The position numbers and the translations under genes are program-made. 64,000 nt of DNA from Raillietiella orientalis (taxonomy: Eukaryota): NCBI GenBank assembly GCA_036172245.1, contig JAYWIR010000007.1, positions 3,224,001 through 3,288,000 of the forward strand, in the 5' to 3' direction. Under the pieces are notes generated by a model. That model did not search any database, had not been told where the DNA came from, and saw only the letters and a program-made list of their open reading frames with translations. Of the stretch, positions 63,671 to 64,000 are shown in pieces. Every line of letters starts with the position of its first letter. Position 1 is the stretch's first letter.

Positions 63671-64000
63671 AAAAGGATTTCCATCATTTTGGCGAACAGC
63701 CACACGCTTGCAAGTGCGGCTGAGCCTCGGGCCGGTCTGTGCTCGCCGCGTTGCTGATGTAAAGTTAAACGTTACGTTGGTCATCGTGGTTTGCGTGTTC
63801 GCACGCGTTGTCCTGCGCCTGCGGTGTAGGGTGTTAGGCTTCCTGTTCGTTACAAGGGTTGTCCTTTTGTGAGGGTGGAATTGTATTCTGGTGGTTGCGG
63901 AAATGTTGAGGTCAGCTGCGGTTCTCCATGTACTGTGAGCTATGTTCCTGGTTTTAGGGTACCGAAGTTTGGAACGCATCCTCGGGGTCTTTCGAATGTT

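Overview
This is animal genomic DNA from an invertebrate, most likely an arthropod, and not prokaryotic. Only two intact host genes are recognisable. They sit tail-to-tail in an AT-rich island at about 53-57.6 kb: MBOAT7 (+, 6 exons) and EEPD1 (-, about 8 exons), with introns mostly 37-51 bp. The first ~50 kb and the last ~4 kb are a graveyard of decayed insertions: many L1/Tx1-type non-LTR retrotransposon fragments, a ~750-bp tRNA-headed SINE family, a MULE remnant, a cecropia-type (Hsmar1-like) mariner that has captured a TMC-channel exon, and a ~1.4-kb NUMT (rrnL+nad1). The most striking content lies between these elements: multiple frameshifted fragments that I read as endogenous bunyaviral elements. 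They comprise at least four L-polymerase pieces that together show motifs G, F and A-E, plus three phenuivirus-like nucleoprotein pieces, almost all on the minus strand. This looks like a piRNA-cluster-like archive of past RNA-virus infections, associated with L1/Tx1 rather than LTR elements. All viral and transposon assignments were made by eye, by translating across frameshifts and comparing with remembered motifs. No searches were run, and boundaries of decayed features are approximate.
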